This document shows positions 7,014-16,688 of a DNA stretch of 64,000 bases, piece after piece (position 1 is the stretch's first letter; the number at the start of each line of letters is the position of its first letter). The translations under genes and the position numbers were made by a program. The stretch comes from Planctomycetota bacterium (GTDB lineage: Bacteria > Planctomycetota > JAJSAM01 > JAJVHW01), in contig CBDFJG010000003.1 in assembly GCA_965248445.1 (NCBI GenBank), forward strand, positions 320,001 to 384,000, read 5' to 3'. The notes beneath the pieces are model-generated. The model saw nothing but the letters and a program-made list of their open reading frames with translations. It searched no databases and was not told the DNA's origin.

Positions 7014-9107
7014 GTGCCACCTGCCTCTCCCCACCGGGCGCACCGGGCCTCCTGGTTGCAGCGCCTGGCCACCCGCGCTCCCGAGGTCGCATTCCTCGGC
7101 CGTCTGCTGCTCTTCGGAGCGGTGGCGTTCGCGTGCGTCCGCGCACTGTTCGTCGTGTGCTTCTGGGATCGGCTCGCGGGCCTGGCGGCCGAGGACCTCG
7201 TGCGCGCATTCGCGGCCGGGGCATGGCGCGACGTCACGTTCCTCGCGTGGTTGCTGCTGCCGGTGTGGCTGCTGCTCTACGCCCCGCGTGCGAGTGCGGC
7301 GGGGCGCACGCGATTGCGTCGCGCGCTCCAGGTGTGGATCGGGTGCATCACCTTCCTGCTGCTGATTGGCGTGACGTCGGACTTCGCCCACTTCAGCGAG
7401 TTCGGCGTGCGGTTGAACGGCTCGTCCATCGACTACCTGCGGCAGCCCGTTCACCTGCTGACGGTGCTGCACCACGAGTTCTTCCTCGTTCCGGTGGTGC
7501 TGCTGCTCGTGGGGACCGCTTGGTACACGGCGCGGCGCGCCCGCCGGCACCTGCCGGATGTGCGGGATGCAGCTGTCGGGATGCGCCGCACTGCGGCGGC
7601 GGTGTCCGGGAGCGTGCTCGTGTCGCTCGTGCTGGGCGGAGCCGTTCCCGCATGGGCCGGATCGCACCCTGAGGTCGAGCCGTCGGCGACGTTCATCCCG
7701 CACAGCTACATCGCCAATCAACTCGCCCTCAACGGGCCGTCCGCGTTCGCCTCGGCGTTCCTCGAGGAGTTGCAGCCGGACGCGGCGCCGATCGCGCGTC
7801 TCGCATCGTTCCCGGACGTCGCCGCCGGTGCCGCTGTGCGTGCAGCGGTCACGACGGACACCGAGACGCGGTTGCCCGAGACACGTCACCCGCTGGGCCG
7901 CCGGTCGATCGGGCGGGCGCCGCGAACCGGTCGCAACGTGGTCGTCATCGTCATGGAGAGCCTGCACGCGCGGGGTGTCCGATCGCTCGGCGGCGAACAC
8001 GACGATGCGCCGCGATTTGACGAGCTCGCACGCGACGGCGTCCTCTTCACGGACTTCCACGCCGTCGGCACACGGACGAACCGGGGTCTCGCGGGCATCC
8101 TGGCGTCGCTGCCTTCGCTGCCCGGCCAGAGCCCCGTCTGCGCGCTGCGCCCCGGGGATCGGATGGAGACGCTGGCGGGCGTGCTCCGTCGGGCGGAGTA
8201 CCGGTCCGTGGCCGTCTACGGCGGGGACGGGCAGTACGACAACCTCAAGCAGTTCGCCGTCGGCAGCGGCTTTGACCGTCTCGTGGCGCTCGCCGACTTC
8301 AAGTCGCCGCGCCTGGTCACGGACTGGGGCGTGTGCGACGAGGACATGTTCGATCGCGCACTCGCAGAGTTCGGCGCGCTCGCCGACGACGGCGACCCGT
8401 TCTTCGGGTTCGCTCTCACCCTGTCCAATCACCGGCCGTATCTCGTGCCGCCGGGACGGGTCGACGAGGGCGACCCGGAGGATCCGCGGCGTGCCGAGCG
8501 CGTCGCGTTCCGCTACGCCGATCACGCGCTGGGTGCCTTCATGGACGCAGCGCGCGAAGAGCCTTGGTTTGACCACACGGTGTTCGTGATCGTCGCCGAC
8601 CACGGCCGTGACGCGCGGGGTGGTGTCGCGCCGGACGCCGAGAACTTCCGCGTGCCGCTGCTTCTCTACGCGCCGTTGATCCTCCCGCCGCGCCGGGTGG
8701 ACGCTCTCTGCAGCCAGATCGACGTTCTCCCGACGGTGCTCGGCCTCGTCGGCGGGGACCACACTCACTGCTCGTTCGGTCGCGACCTGCTCGCAGGACC
8801 CTCACCCGATCGAGCCATGATGTGCATCGGTGACGTCCTGCTCTGGCGGGAGCGCGATCTCCTCGCCGTGTGGCCTGCGCAGGGGCCGGTGGAGACCTTC
8901 GTCCTCGATCGGAACGGTGTGTTCTCACCGCTCCCTCCGGGCAGCCGCGGCGACGAGGCCGAGCGTCTCGAGCACCGGCTCCGGACCACCACACGCCTGG
9001 TCTGGGACGTGTCGCGTGGATCGCGTCACCACACCGGCGCGGAACTCCCGCCGAGCGGAGGTACGCCGCCCGACTCACCGGGGAACTCGTCGAGGGGCGA
9101 GCGTTAG
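7014..9107 (+). CDS. LTA synthase / phosphoglycerol transferase-like membrane protein (alkaline phosphatase-sulfatase superfamily)
   Basis: About five N-terminal TM helices, then NVVVIVMESL, a Thr nucleophile region GTRTNRG, WGVCDEDM, TLSNHRPY, YADHALG and FVIVADHG. Confidence 0.85.
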   Translation: MPPASPHRAHRASWLQRLATRAPEVAFLGRLLLFGAVAFACVRALFVVCFWDRLAGLAAEDLVRAFAAGAWRDVTFLAWLLLPVWLLLYAPRASAAGRTRLRRALQVWIGCITFLLLIGVTSDFAHFSEFGVRLNGSSIDYLRQPVHLLTVLHHEFFLVPVVLLLVGTAWYTARRARRHLPDVRDAAVGMRRTAAAVSGSVLVSLVLGGAVPAWAGSHPEVEPSATFIPHSYIANQLALNGPSAFASAFLEELQPDAAPIARLASFPDVAAGAAVRAAVTTDTETRLPETRHPLGRRSIGRAPRTGRNVVVIVMESLHARGVRSLGGEHDDAPRFDELARDGVLFTDFHAVGTRTNRGLAGILASLPSLPGQSPVCALRPGDRMETLAGVLRRAEYRSVAVYGGDGQYDNLKQFAVGSGFDRLVALADFKSPRLVTDWGVCDEDMFDRALAEFGALADDGDPFFGFALTLSNHRPYLVPPGRVDEGDPEDPRRAERVAFRYADHALGAFMDAAREEPWFDHTVFVIVADHGRDARGGVAPDAENFRVPLLLYAPLILPPRRVDALCSQIDVLPTVLGLVGGDHTHCSFGRDLLAGPSPDRAMMCIGDVLLWRERDLLAVWPAQGPVETFVLDRNGVFSPLPPGSRGDEAERLEHRLRTTTRLVWDVSRGSRHHTGAELPPSGGTPPDSPGNSSRGER

Positions 9108-9118
9108 GATCGCTCGGA

Positions 9119-10030
9119 GTGACGGACGAGCTGCAGCCGATTCGCGCGTACCTCGCGCGCTGGACCCCGCGCGTCGAGGACGAACTCGAGCGAGTTCTTC
9201 CCCCCGCGACCGACGAGCCGCGCTCCGTCCACGAGGCCATGCGCTACAGCGTCCAGGCCGGTGGCAAGCGCTTGCGGCCCGCGCTGGTGTTGCTGGGCGC
9301 CCGCGCTGCCGGGGGAAAGGAGGAGGACGTGCTCGGCATCGCGTGTGCCGTCGAGTGCGTTCACACGTACAGCCTGATCCACGACGACCTTCCGGCCATG
9401 GACGACGACGACACGCGCCGCGGCCGTCCGTCCTGCCACCGGCAGTTCGGTGAGGCGGTCGCGATCCTCGCCGGTGACGCGCTGAACACGTTCGCGTTCG
9501 AGCTGCTGGCGCGGACTGCGCCGGATCCGGCGCGCGTTCCGGCTCTCGTGCAGACGCTCTGCCGCGCGGCGGGCACGGCGGGCATGGTCGGCGGTCAGTT
9601 GCGCGATCTCGAGGCGGCCGAGCGGGGTCGCGCGGATCCCGGACGGACGCCGGACGTCGACGAGGTGCGCGCGATCCATGCAGGCAAGACTGCGGCGCTG
9701 CTCACGGCTTCGCTTCAGCTCGGCGCGATCGCCGTCGGCGCGGACGCCGATCTGCTGGATGCGCTCGCGGCGGTCGGCGATCGCATCGGGCTCGCGTTCC
9801 AGATCGTGGACGACGTACTCGACGAAGAGGGCGACGCGCTCACGCTGGGCAAGTCGGCCGGCAAGGACCGCACGCAGGGCAAGGCAACGTATCCCGCGGC
9901 GGTGGGAGTGGCTCAGTCCCGGGCGGTCGCCGCGGATCTGGTGCGCGACGCCGAGACCGCGCTCGACGGACGTCCGGGCAGCGAACTCCTCGCGAGTCTC
10001 GGCGCGTACGTGCTGGAGCGGAGCTCGTGA
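9119..10030 (+). CDS. ispA: polyprenyl (farnesyl/geranylgeranyl) diphosphate synthase
   Basis: GGKRLRP, FARM IHDDLPAMDDDDTRRGRP, KT motif, SARM FQIVDDVLD, GKD..GKATYP. GTG start at 9119. Confidence 0.93.
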   Translation: MTDELQPIRAYLARWTPRVEDELERVLPPATDEPRSVHEAMRYSVQAGGKRLRPALVLLGARAAGGKEEDVLGIACAVECVHTYSLIHDDLPAMDDDDTRRGRPSCHRQFGEAVAILAGDALNTFAFELLARTAPDPARVPALVQTLCRAAGTAGMVGGQLRDLEAAERGRADPGRTPDVDEVRAIHAGKTAALLTASLQLGAIAVGADADLLDALAAVGDRIGLAFQIVDDVLDEEGDALTLGKSAGKDRTQGKATYPAAVGVAQSRAVAADLVRDAETALDGRPGSELLASLGAYVLERSS

Positions 10031-10878
10031 AGAAGCGGCGCCTACAGGTGGTGGGGGACGGACGTCGCGAGGCTGTCGCCACCGCAGCACCCGCGTTGCT
10101 CGAACTTCTCGGCGACCGCGTCAACGTGATCGGCGTCGACCTGGATCAGAGCGCGGACCTCTCGGGCCTGGATGCGGATCTCGTTGTCGTGCTCGGCGGC
10201 GACGGCGCTATCCTCTCCGCATCGCGTCGTCTCCACGGGAGCAAGGCGCCGGTCCTCGGCGTCAATTTCGGGAAGTTGGGGTTCCTCGCCGCGCTGCGGG
10301 AGAACGAGCTCACGGAGAGGGCCCGGCAGGTGATTGCGCACGGCCGCTACGTGGTCTCGAGACGCATGACGCTCGCCGTGCAGGTGTACCGGGCCGATGG
10401 TTCGCGCGAGGCCATCGTGCGCGCCCTGAACGACGCAGTGGTCGAGCGCTGGGATGCGCGTTCCCTGTCGGTCGAGTTCATCGTGGACGGTGAGACCGCC
10501 ACGACCTGCCGCGGCGATGGCGTGATCGTGGCGACGCCGACGGGCAGCACGGCGCACAGCCTCTCGGCAGGCGGGCCGCTCGTCGAACCCTCGCTCCATG
10601 CCCTCGTTGTCTCCCCGATATGCGCCCACAGCGTCTCGAACCGTCCTCTCGTGCTCTCTCCGCGGCAGCAGGTGGTCTTGCGGGTGCTCGGCGGTTCCAA
10701 GCGTCCCGGCTTGGCTGTCGACGGCCAGGAGCTGTTCGACCTCGCGGTCGGCGACGAGGTGCGCGTGCGCCGCTCCCGTCTGCCGTTCCTGCTGGCGCTG
10801 CCGGAGGACCGCACCTTCTTCGACGTGCTCCGCACCCGGCTGCACTGGGCCGGCCAACCGCCGTACGAGACGGATTGA
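10027..10878 (+). CDS. nadK: NAD(+) kinase
   Basis: GGDG, GVNFGKLGFL, LND, DGVIVATPTGSTAHSLSAGGP. Overlaps the ispA stop (GTGA). Confidence 0.93.
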   Translation: MKKRRLQVVGDGRREAVATAAPALLELLGDRVNVIGVDLDQSADLSGLDADLVVVLGGDGAILSASRRLHGSKAPVLGVNFGKLGFLAALRENELTERARQVIAHGRYVVSRRMTLAVQVYRADGSREAIVRALNDAVVERWDARSLSVEFIVDGETATTCRGDGVIVATPTGSTAHSLSAGGPLVEPSLHALVVSPICAHSVSNRPLVLSPRQQVVLRVLGGSKRPGLAVDGQELFDLAVGDEVRVRRSRLPFLLALPEDRTFFDVLRTRLHWAGQPPYETD

Positions 10879-11795
10879 GTCCCTCACGAGCGCTGACGCT
10901 GCTCGCGCCGCTCCTGCTCACGTGTTGCTACGGCGAGCCGCCCGGTCCGTACGCGGCGGACCCGGGCGACCGCGTGACGCTCACCGTGCAGATCGGCGAA
11001 CAACTCGACGGCCGGTACATCACGACCGCCGCCAAAGAACTGCGGTACGCACTCGACGGACGCGTGGGCGACGACGGGGCGGTGCACGCGCGCCTGCTGT
11101 GGCTCGAGCTCGACTACGTGAATGGCGAAGACAAGACCACCGTTGCCATCGGCCCCGGGGGGCGGCCGCCGACGGGCAAAGGCGAGGAACTGGCGCGCGC
11201 CGCGGTTCTCGAATCCCTGCGCGACCGTGAGTTCACTTACCGGCTCGACCCGGTCACGGGACTCGTCGGCCTGCCTGGACTGCAGGCGGCGTTCGAGGAT
11301 GCCGTGAAGCAGGCGCAGAGGGTCGGTGACCCCGCGGTCGCGAGTCTCGTCGCGGGTGTCGGCGCGTCATTGTCGGAGTGGTTCCGCGAGGAACCGCTCG
11401 TCGAACTGCTTCGCGCTGCCGGACTCGCGGCGCCGCCCGCCGATCTGCACACCAAGTGGGGCGGAGAGGAACGGCTGATTCCCATACACCTGCCGGGACG
11501 CGGGGACACGCACGTTCGCGCGATCGGCACCCCGGCAGAGGCGCACGACGGTTCGCCGGTGGTGCAACTCGACGGAGTCGGTTCGCCGGGGCTCGAGTTC
11601 ACCGGCGATCCGGGGCCGGCGCCGCCGGACGGGATTGGCGAGGCCGACCCCGCGTCCGTGAAGGTGGAGGTGGAGACGATCTACGACCGCGAGACGGATC
11701 AACCGCTGCGCGGTCATGTCAACGCCGAGTTCTCGTACATGAAGGCGTTCCGGGTGCGCCGCACGACCGGCTTCAACCTGGTCATCTCCGAGTGA
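10875..11795 (+). CDS. hypothetical (lipo)protein
   Basis: TTG start overlapping the nadK stop, hydrophobic leader with lipobox-like LLLTC, coding-like codon bias. Confidence 0.65.
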   Translation: MSPSRALTLLAPLLLTCCYGEPPGPYAADPGDRVTLTVQIGEQLDGRYITTAAKELRYALDGRVGDDGAVHARLLWLELDYVNGEDKTTVAIGPGGRPPTGKGEELARAAVLESLRDREFTYRLDPVTGLVGLPGLQAAFEDAVKQAQRVGDPAVASLVAGVGASLSEWFREEPLVELLRAAGLAAPPADLHTKWGGEERLIPIHLPGRGDTHVRAIGTPAEAHDGSPVVQLDGVGSPGLEFTGDPGPAPPDGIGEADPASVKVEVETIYDRETDQPLRGHVNAEFSYMKAFRVRRTTGFNLVISE

Positions 11796-12670
11796 GCGAG
11801 CGCGTTACGGCCGTCTTCGACGAGGAGTTCCTGGCAGCTCTCGGACGTCTGCGTCTCGCGCTGTCACGCGCACGTGCCGCCGACGCGCCGGGCGGGCGTC
11901 GCGCCGGAAGGCGGGGCAGCGGCGTCGAGTTCGCCGAGCATCGCGCGTACGCACCCGGCGACGAGTTGCGCCATGTCGACTGGTCGGCCTACGCGCGCAC
12001 GGGGCGCCTCTTCGTCAAGCGGTTCGAGCAGGAGGACGAGCCCCGCGTTCTGATCGTCGTGGACGGGAGCGCCTCCATGGCCACCGGCCGGAAGCTCCGC
12101 GCCGCGCAGCACGTCGCGTACGCAGTCGCGCACCTCGCGCTCGAGGAGGGTGCGCGTGTGCGCGTGGCGGTGGCGCGGGGCGGAGAACTCGACGTGTCGA
12201 AACCCGTCACCTCTCCTGCGCGGGCCTCGGACGCGGCGCGGTTCCTCGCACACATCGACGCGCGAGATGCGACCGACCTCGATGCATCGCTGCGCAAGCT
12301 CCCCCCCGCCCCGCCGGGTTCCCGCGTCGTGTTCGTGCTGTCCGATCTGCTGGCGGCGGACGACGGACGGCAAGCGGCCGCCGCCCGCGGAGTGTCGGGG
12401 GACGAGGTGTGCGTGCTCCACCTCGCGGCGCGGGAGGATCGCGTGTTCGGCGACCGACCGCTCCTGATGGTGGACAGCGAGACGGGCGAGCGGTTGTCCG
12501 TCGACGGGCCGACGGCGACGCGGCTGGCGGCTGCACACGCGGGTCGGACCGAGGAGGCCTGGCGGTCGGTTGCCTCCCGCCACCGCGTGCGCTACGTCCC
12601 GGTCGATGCGTCGTGGTCTCTCGAGGAGATCGTGCTGCGCCGACTGCGCACGGCCGGCGTGGTGGCATGA
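11792..12670 (+). CDS. DUF58 family vWA-like protein (MoxR partner)
   Basis: GSGVEFAEHRAYAPGDELRHVDWSAYARTGRLFVKRFEQE, MIDAS-like DGSASM and VLSD. GTG start overlapping the upstream stop. Confidence 0.9.
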   Translation: MSERVTAVFDEEFLAALGRLRLALSRARAADAPGGRRAGRRGSGVEFAEHRAYAPGDELRHVDWSAYARTGRLFVKRFEQEDEPRVLIVVDGSASMATGRKLRAAQHVAYAVAHLALEEGARVRVAVARGGELDVSKPVTSPARASDAARFLAHIDARDATDLDASLRKLPPAPPGSRVVFVLSDLLAADDGRQAAAARGVSGDEVCVLHLAAREDRVFGDRPLLMVDSETGERLSVDGPTATRLAAAHAGRTEEAWRSVASRHRVRYVPVDASWSLEEIVLRRLRTAGVVA

Positions 12671-14247
12671 CGTTCGACCGTCCGCTCGCACTCCTGCTCC
12701 TACTCGCAGTGCCGTTGCTGTGGTGGCTGCACCGCCGCATGCGCGGACCACTGGAGGTCGTCGTGGCGAGTGTGCTGCCGTTCATCGCCGCCGCCGATCC
12801 GGACGCGCACGTGGCCCGGCGCCGGCCGCTCGACATCGAGTTGTTCTGCCTGCTGGGCGCGACGGTGGCCCTGTCGGCGGCGGCTGCCGGGGTCGTCTTC
12901 GGCGGTGCGGAGCCGCGCATAGCGGTGGTCATGGACGAGTCCGCGTCCATGCTCGCGCTACGCGAGAGCGGACGGACTGGCCTGGGCGAAGCGCTGGCAC
13001 GGGTGGAGCGCGCCGCTGGGGACACCGAGCTCCTAAGGCTGTGGCTCGTCACACCGGAGCCGAGACCGGATCCCACCGACCGGCGGTTGCCGCGGCTGGT
13101 CCCGGACGGGCTGCCTCAGTCGGCCGCAGAGCGCCTCGAACTGGCGCAAGGGCTCGGCGCGCGCCGCATCGTCCTGCTCACGGACCGCGAGATGGAGTCG
13201 ACTCCCGACATCCTTGTCGTCGGGCCGGGGACTCCGCCCGCGAAGTCGGCACGCATAGCGTCCGTCGTACTCGCTGACGACGAGACGATCGCGGTGCTGC
13301 TGGACTGGGGGGACCTCGGTGCGGCGGAGGTCGAGCTGAGCTACGCCGAGGAGGACGCGGAACCCGCCACCGTTCGGCGCGCGGCGGCCGGCACGCCTCG
13401 GGTCGACTTTCCCGCACCCACGCGCGGCGATTTCGAGGTGACCGCGCGCTGGTTCGCCGGCTCGGGCACGGAGCTCGTGCCCGGGGACCGGAACGCGCAG
13501 CTGGTCACTGCGCGGCGTACGGGCCGGATCGCCGCGGTGTTCGTCGGAGCAGCTGACGGTGGCGAGTCACCGCGCCTCGCTGCGGCGTTCGACGCACTGG
13601 GTGTCCGGCTCACGAATCGTGGCGAGGCCGATGCGGTCGTGTACGTGGGCGGTCACTATGGAACGAGCGATGGCCCGCCGGCTCCCGACCTCTGGCTTGC
13701 GCAGGAGTGGGGCGCACCGGAGCGCGTCCCGGCGGAGGAGATCTCCTTCCGCGGCGTGCTGTCCAGCGTCTCGCCGCGCGACGGGACGGTTCTGATCAGT
13801 CGCGCCCGCATCGGAGCCGAGACCCCTGAAGAGACCCGTGAAGAGACCGCGGACCAGCGGCGTGTCGTCGCGCGCGACTCCCGCGGCGTGCTCGCCCGAA
13901 CGGGCGAGTTCACGGAGTCCTCGCTCGATCCTGAGCATGCCGAGTCGACGTGGCACACCGATCCGTCGTTCCTGGTCTTCGTCGGGTCCGTCCTGGACCA
14001 CATCGCCGGTGCGCGGGACGGCCTGGTGATCCTGCGGGCCGTTCCGGAGGGGGAGGGCGCGGGACCTGCGAGAGCCTCCGAGCTCGCGGCCGAGGACCTG
14101 GCTGCCCTCGCCTTCGTTCCCGAGGACGGACCGCGGTTCCCGCTGGGACGACTCCTGGCCGGGCTCGGCGCCGCGCTCGCGCTCGCGGCTTCGCTGGTCG
14201 CGTCCCGGCGCGTTTTCGGTGCCCGGCTGTCCCCGCGCGCGGGATGA
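12667..14247 (+). CDS. BatA-type N-terminal / vWA membrane protein
   Basis: MTFDRPLALLLLLAVPLLWWLH (BatA-like double TM), DESASM MIDAS-like motif, LLTD and a C-terminal TM. Confidence 0.75.
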   Translation: MTFDRPLALLLLLAVPLLWWLHRRMRGPLEVVVASVLPFIAAADPDAHVARRRPLDIELFCLLGATVALSAAAAGVVFGGAEPRIAVVMDESASMLALRESGRTGLGEALARVERAAGDTELLRLWLVTPEPRPDPTDRRLPRLVPDGLPQSAAERLELAQGLGARRIVLLTDREMESTPDILVVGPGTPPAKSARIASVVLADDETIAVLLDWGDLGAAEVELSYAEEDAEPATVRRAAAGTPRVDFPAPTRGDFEVTARWFAGSGTELVPGDRNAQLVTARRTGRIAAVFVGAADGGESPRLAAAFDALGVRLTNRGEADAVVYVGGHYGTSDGPPAPDLWLAQEWGAPERVPAEEISFRGVLSSVSPRDGTVLISRARIGAETPEETREETADQRRVVARDSRGVLARTGEFTESSLDPEHAESTWHTDPSFLVFVGSVLDHIAGARDGLVILRAVPEGEGAGPARASELAAEDLAALAFVPEDGPRFPLGRLLAGLGAALALAASLVASRRVFGARLSPRAG

Positions 14248-14873
14248 TGGACTCCTGGCTACTGATCGCGGCGGAGGAGGGGAGCGGCATGAGCACCTGG
14301 GTTGTCGTCGCGCTGCTCCTCGTCGTCGTCGTGCAGACGATCTTGCTGATCGGGCTCGTGCTCAACGTCAACAAGATCCTCGACCGCGCGTCGGGCATCC
14401 GGCGCCAGCTCAAGGACACGGAGGACAGCGGTCTCGGTGCCCAGTTCACCGAGGCGATCTCGCAGCTCGAGAGCCTCGCCGTGTCGCTGGATCGCGTGGC
14501 GGAACGCTGCGAGACGATCGAGACGACCGTGCGGGAGGCGGGCAGCGGCGAGCGCGGCGCCGGGATGGCGCCGGAGGCCGTCGAGGCGATGAGTGCCAGC
14601 GTGGCATCGTTGAAGGCGCCGCTCGACGAGATCCGCGGTCTGCTCGGTCGCACCAAGACCGAACGCGTCGCCGACGAGATCAAGCGCACGCTGCACAACA
14701 TGGGCTTTGACGTCGTCACCATCAAGACCGACCTCGCCGCGATGGACGAGGAAGACGGCAAGGTGCAGGTCGAGGTCGCCAAGGACGGCGTCACGTCGAA
14801 GGGCTACGTCGTCATCCGCGACGGTGGGGTGGTGGATCAGAAGATCTCGAAGCCGTACGAGATGTTCCCTTAA
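14244..14873 (+). CDS. single-TM coiled-coil hypothetical protein
   Basis: TM segment WVVVALLLVVVVQTILLIGLVL followed by a heptad-like helical region; strong codon bias. Confidence 0.75.
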   Translation: MMDSWLLIAAEEGSGMSTWVVVALLLVVVVQTILLIGLVLNVNKILDRASGIRRQLKDTEDSGLGAQFTEAISQLESLAVSLDRVAERCETIETTVREAGSGERGAGMAPEAVEAMSASVASLKAPLDEIRGLLGRTKTERVADEIKRTLHNMGFDVVTIKTDLAAMDEEDGKVQVEVAKDGVTSKGYVVIRDGGVVDQKISKPYEMFP

Positions 14874-14905
14874 CTCCGGCGGAGCCGGCGTTAAGGGAAC
14901 ATCTC
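14859..14905. terminator. long hairpin overlapping a stop codon
   Basis: 16-bp perfect IR GAGATGTTCCCTTAAC / GTTAAGGGAACATCTC with an inner CCGGC-GGA-GCCGG cap, between convergent genes. Confidence 0.55.
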
Positions 14906-14965
14906 TTGTCACGCGGCTTGCGTGGCAACCCGCGCGCCAACGGCTTCTCGAGCGTTTCCCCCCTG

Positions 14966-15050
14966 CGCGGTCTCCGACCGCTACGGAGGGCTTCGGTCAC
15001 GGCGCTTGCTACGCAACCACCGCGCCCTCCGCGATTCACGCAACGAGTGC
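14966..15050. repeat. dispersed ~85-bp palindromic repeat, copy 2
   Basis: Aligns end to end with 4625-4708. Confidence 0.85.
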
Positions 15051-15119
15051 GGGGAGGCCGTGTAGGGGCGGACCTCCCGGTCCGCCCGGATCGGTGCGGA
15101 GCTCGATGTGCGAACGCGA

Positions 15120-16094
15120 TCAGTCCACGTTCGGGGGCGTGTCCTTGCCCTTCTTCTTCTTCCCGCCGGCGCGGTCCATGCGCTTGCGCATGCGTTCCTG
15201 CATCTGCTGGTAGACGTCGCCGAGGGCGGCGAGCTGCGCTTCGTCCAGCGTGCCGCTCAGCTCGTCGTACAGTGCGACCTTCGATTCCTGGAACAGCGCC
15301 CCCGCTTCCTCGCGAGTGAGGCCGTCTTCGCGCGCGCGTCGCAGGACGTCCTTCTGGCGCTTGCGGTGGTTCTGCAACGCGGCCGAGACCGCCTTTGTCT
15401 GCACCTTGTCGAGATCGAGTTCACGCTTGAGTTCTTCGAGAACGCGGCGGTCCTGGCGGCGTGCCATGTCCGAACGCTGCTGGGCGCGCTTCTTTCCGGC
15501 CCGCTCCGCGTCGTCGGCCAACCGTGTGAGGGTCTTGCCCGCCTGGCCGGTCGCCGTGCCGGCGGCGGCGCGCAGTTGCGGCGCCGCGGCGGGACCGAGC
15601 GCGCGGATCGCAGCGACGACACTGCGCGTGACGGCGGGGTCCGCGGCGCCGGTCGTGTCGGCGAGCGACGAGATCAGCCGGTTCAGCCACTCCGCTGCTG
15701 CGGGGGTCAGGCTGGCCGGGTCCGCGGTGCGCGCGGCGAGCTTCTTCTTCCGCTTGACCTCCGCCGGCTTCTCGGCATCCATCTCGTCTCTGTCCATCCC
15801 ATCGCCCATCGCATCCCCACCGGCGCCCTTCTTGGGTACGGGATCCGCCGCCGGCACCGGCCGCGCGACCTGCGTGATGCTCGCGACCTTCGACCGCGGA
15901 TAGGCCCGCAGGACTCCGTTCGAGCGCACGGACACGAGGTCGTCGTCCTGTCCGACGATCTCACCCTCGATCCGACTGCCGTCCTTCAGGACGACCACGT
16001 CGAGGGTCGCCTCGTCGCCGGCGGCGGCGGGCAGGGCTGTCGAGACACAGAGCACGGCGGCGAGCGCGAGGGGGGCGAGCGAGAGACGGCGCAT
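15120..16094 (-). CDS. secreted hypothetical protein
   Basis: SD AGGAGG, signal peptide MRRLSLAPLALAAVLCVSTALPAAA, DVVVLKDGSRIEGEIV small beta domain, HEAT-like helices and a charged helical C-terminus. Confidence 0.8.
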   Translation of the reverse strand: MRRLSLAPLALAAVLCVSTALPAAAGDEATLDVVVLKDGSRIEGEIVGQDDDLVSVRSNGVLRAYPRSKVASITQVARPVPAADPVPKKGAGGDAMGDGMDRDEMDAEKPAEVKRKKKLAARTADPASLTPAAAEWLNRLISSLADTTGAADPAVTRSVVAAIRALGPAAAPQLRAAAGTATGQAGKTLTRLADDAERAGKKRAQQRSDMARRQDRRVLEELKRELDLDKVQTKAVSAALQNHRKRQKDVLRRAREDGLTREEAGALFQESKVALYDELSGTLDEAQLAALGDVYQQMQERMRKRMDRAGGKKKKGKDTPPNVD

Positions 16095-16132
16095 GATCGA
16101 ACCTCCTGTCGGCGACGGTGCCGCAGCCCATT

Positions 16133-16157
16133 CTGGCCCATCCGCTGACACGGATGG
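16133..16157 (+). promoter_or_regulatory. TGG-dyad-CTGAC motif, copy A
   Basis: CTGGC-CCATCCG-CTGACA-CGGATGG, homologous to copies at 45091-45153, 47531-47555 and 47753-47779. Confidence 0.55.
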
Positions 16158-16295
16158 CGCGGCATCCCAGAAACCCGCCGCGACCGCCCCGGTTCCGCCG
16201 CGAGGCCGTGCCGAGGCTGGATACGAGGCTGCATCAAGTCCCGGTGGGCGAGGTGCCGATGAGATGGTGCCGGACTCTCGGAGGGGCCGTTACTC

Positions 16296-16688
16296 ATGAG
16301 CTATCGCATCCTGGTTGTCGACGACGAAGCCTATGTGCGTGACATGCTGAACCGCGTGTTGCGTCGCGGGGAGCACCAGGTGCAGCTCGTCGCCACCGCC
16401 GAGGATGCGCTGCGGTCCCTCTCGACCGAGACGTTCGACGTCGTCATCACCGACGTGGTGATGCCCGGGATGGGGGGCTTCGAGCTGCTCCGCCGGGTGA
16501 AGGCCATGCGGCCCGACGTGAAGGTCCTGGTGCTCACCGGGTACGCCCGGAAGCAGAGCATCTCGGACTTCCTGCTCTACGGCGCCGACGGCTACCTCAG
16601 CAAGCCGTTCCAGGTGGACGCGCTCCTGCGCGAGGTCGCCCGCGTCGCCGGAGCCGGCGACGACGCTCCCGCCTCGACCGCCGTCTAG
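16296..16688 (+). CDS. single-domain response regulator (receiver only)
   Basis: ILVVDDE, phospho-acceptor VITDVVMPGMGG, VLTG and YLSKPF. Confidence 0.93.
   Translation: MSYRILVVDDEAYVRDMLNRVLRRGEHQVQLVATAEDALRSLSTETFDVVITDVVMPGMGGFELLRRVKAMRPDVKVLVLTGYARKQSISDFLLYGADGYLSKPFQVDALLREVARVAGAGDDAPASTAV

Noticed and set aside
13821..13850. Short in-frame tandem repeats (ETPE/ETRE/ETAD here; PDAARD x2 near 52400; SAGK x2 in the clpX tail)
   Set aside because: Ordinary slippage in linker regions; the frame is preserved and there is no sign of phase variation.
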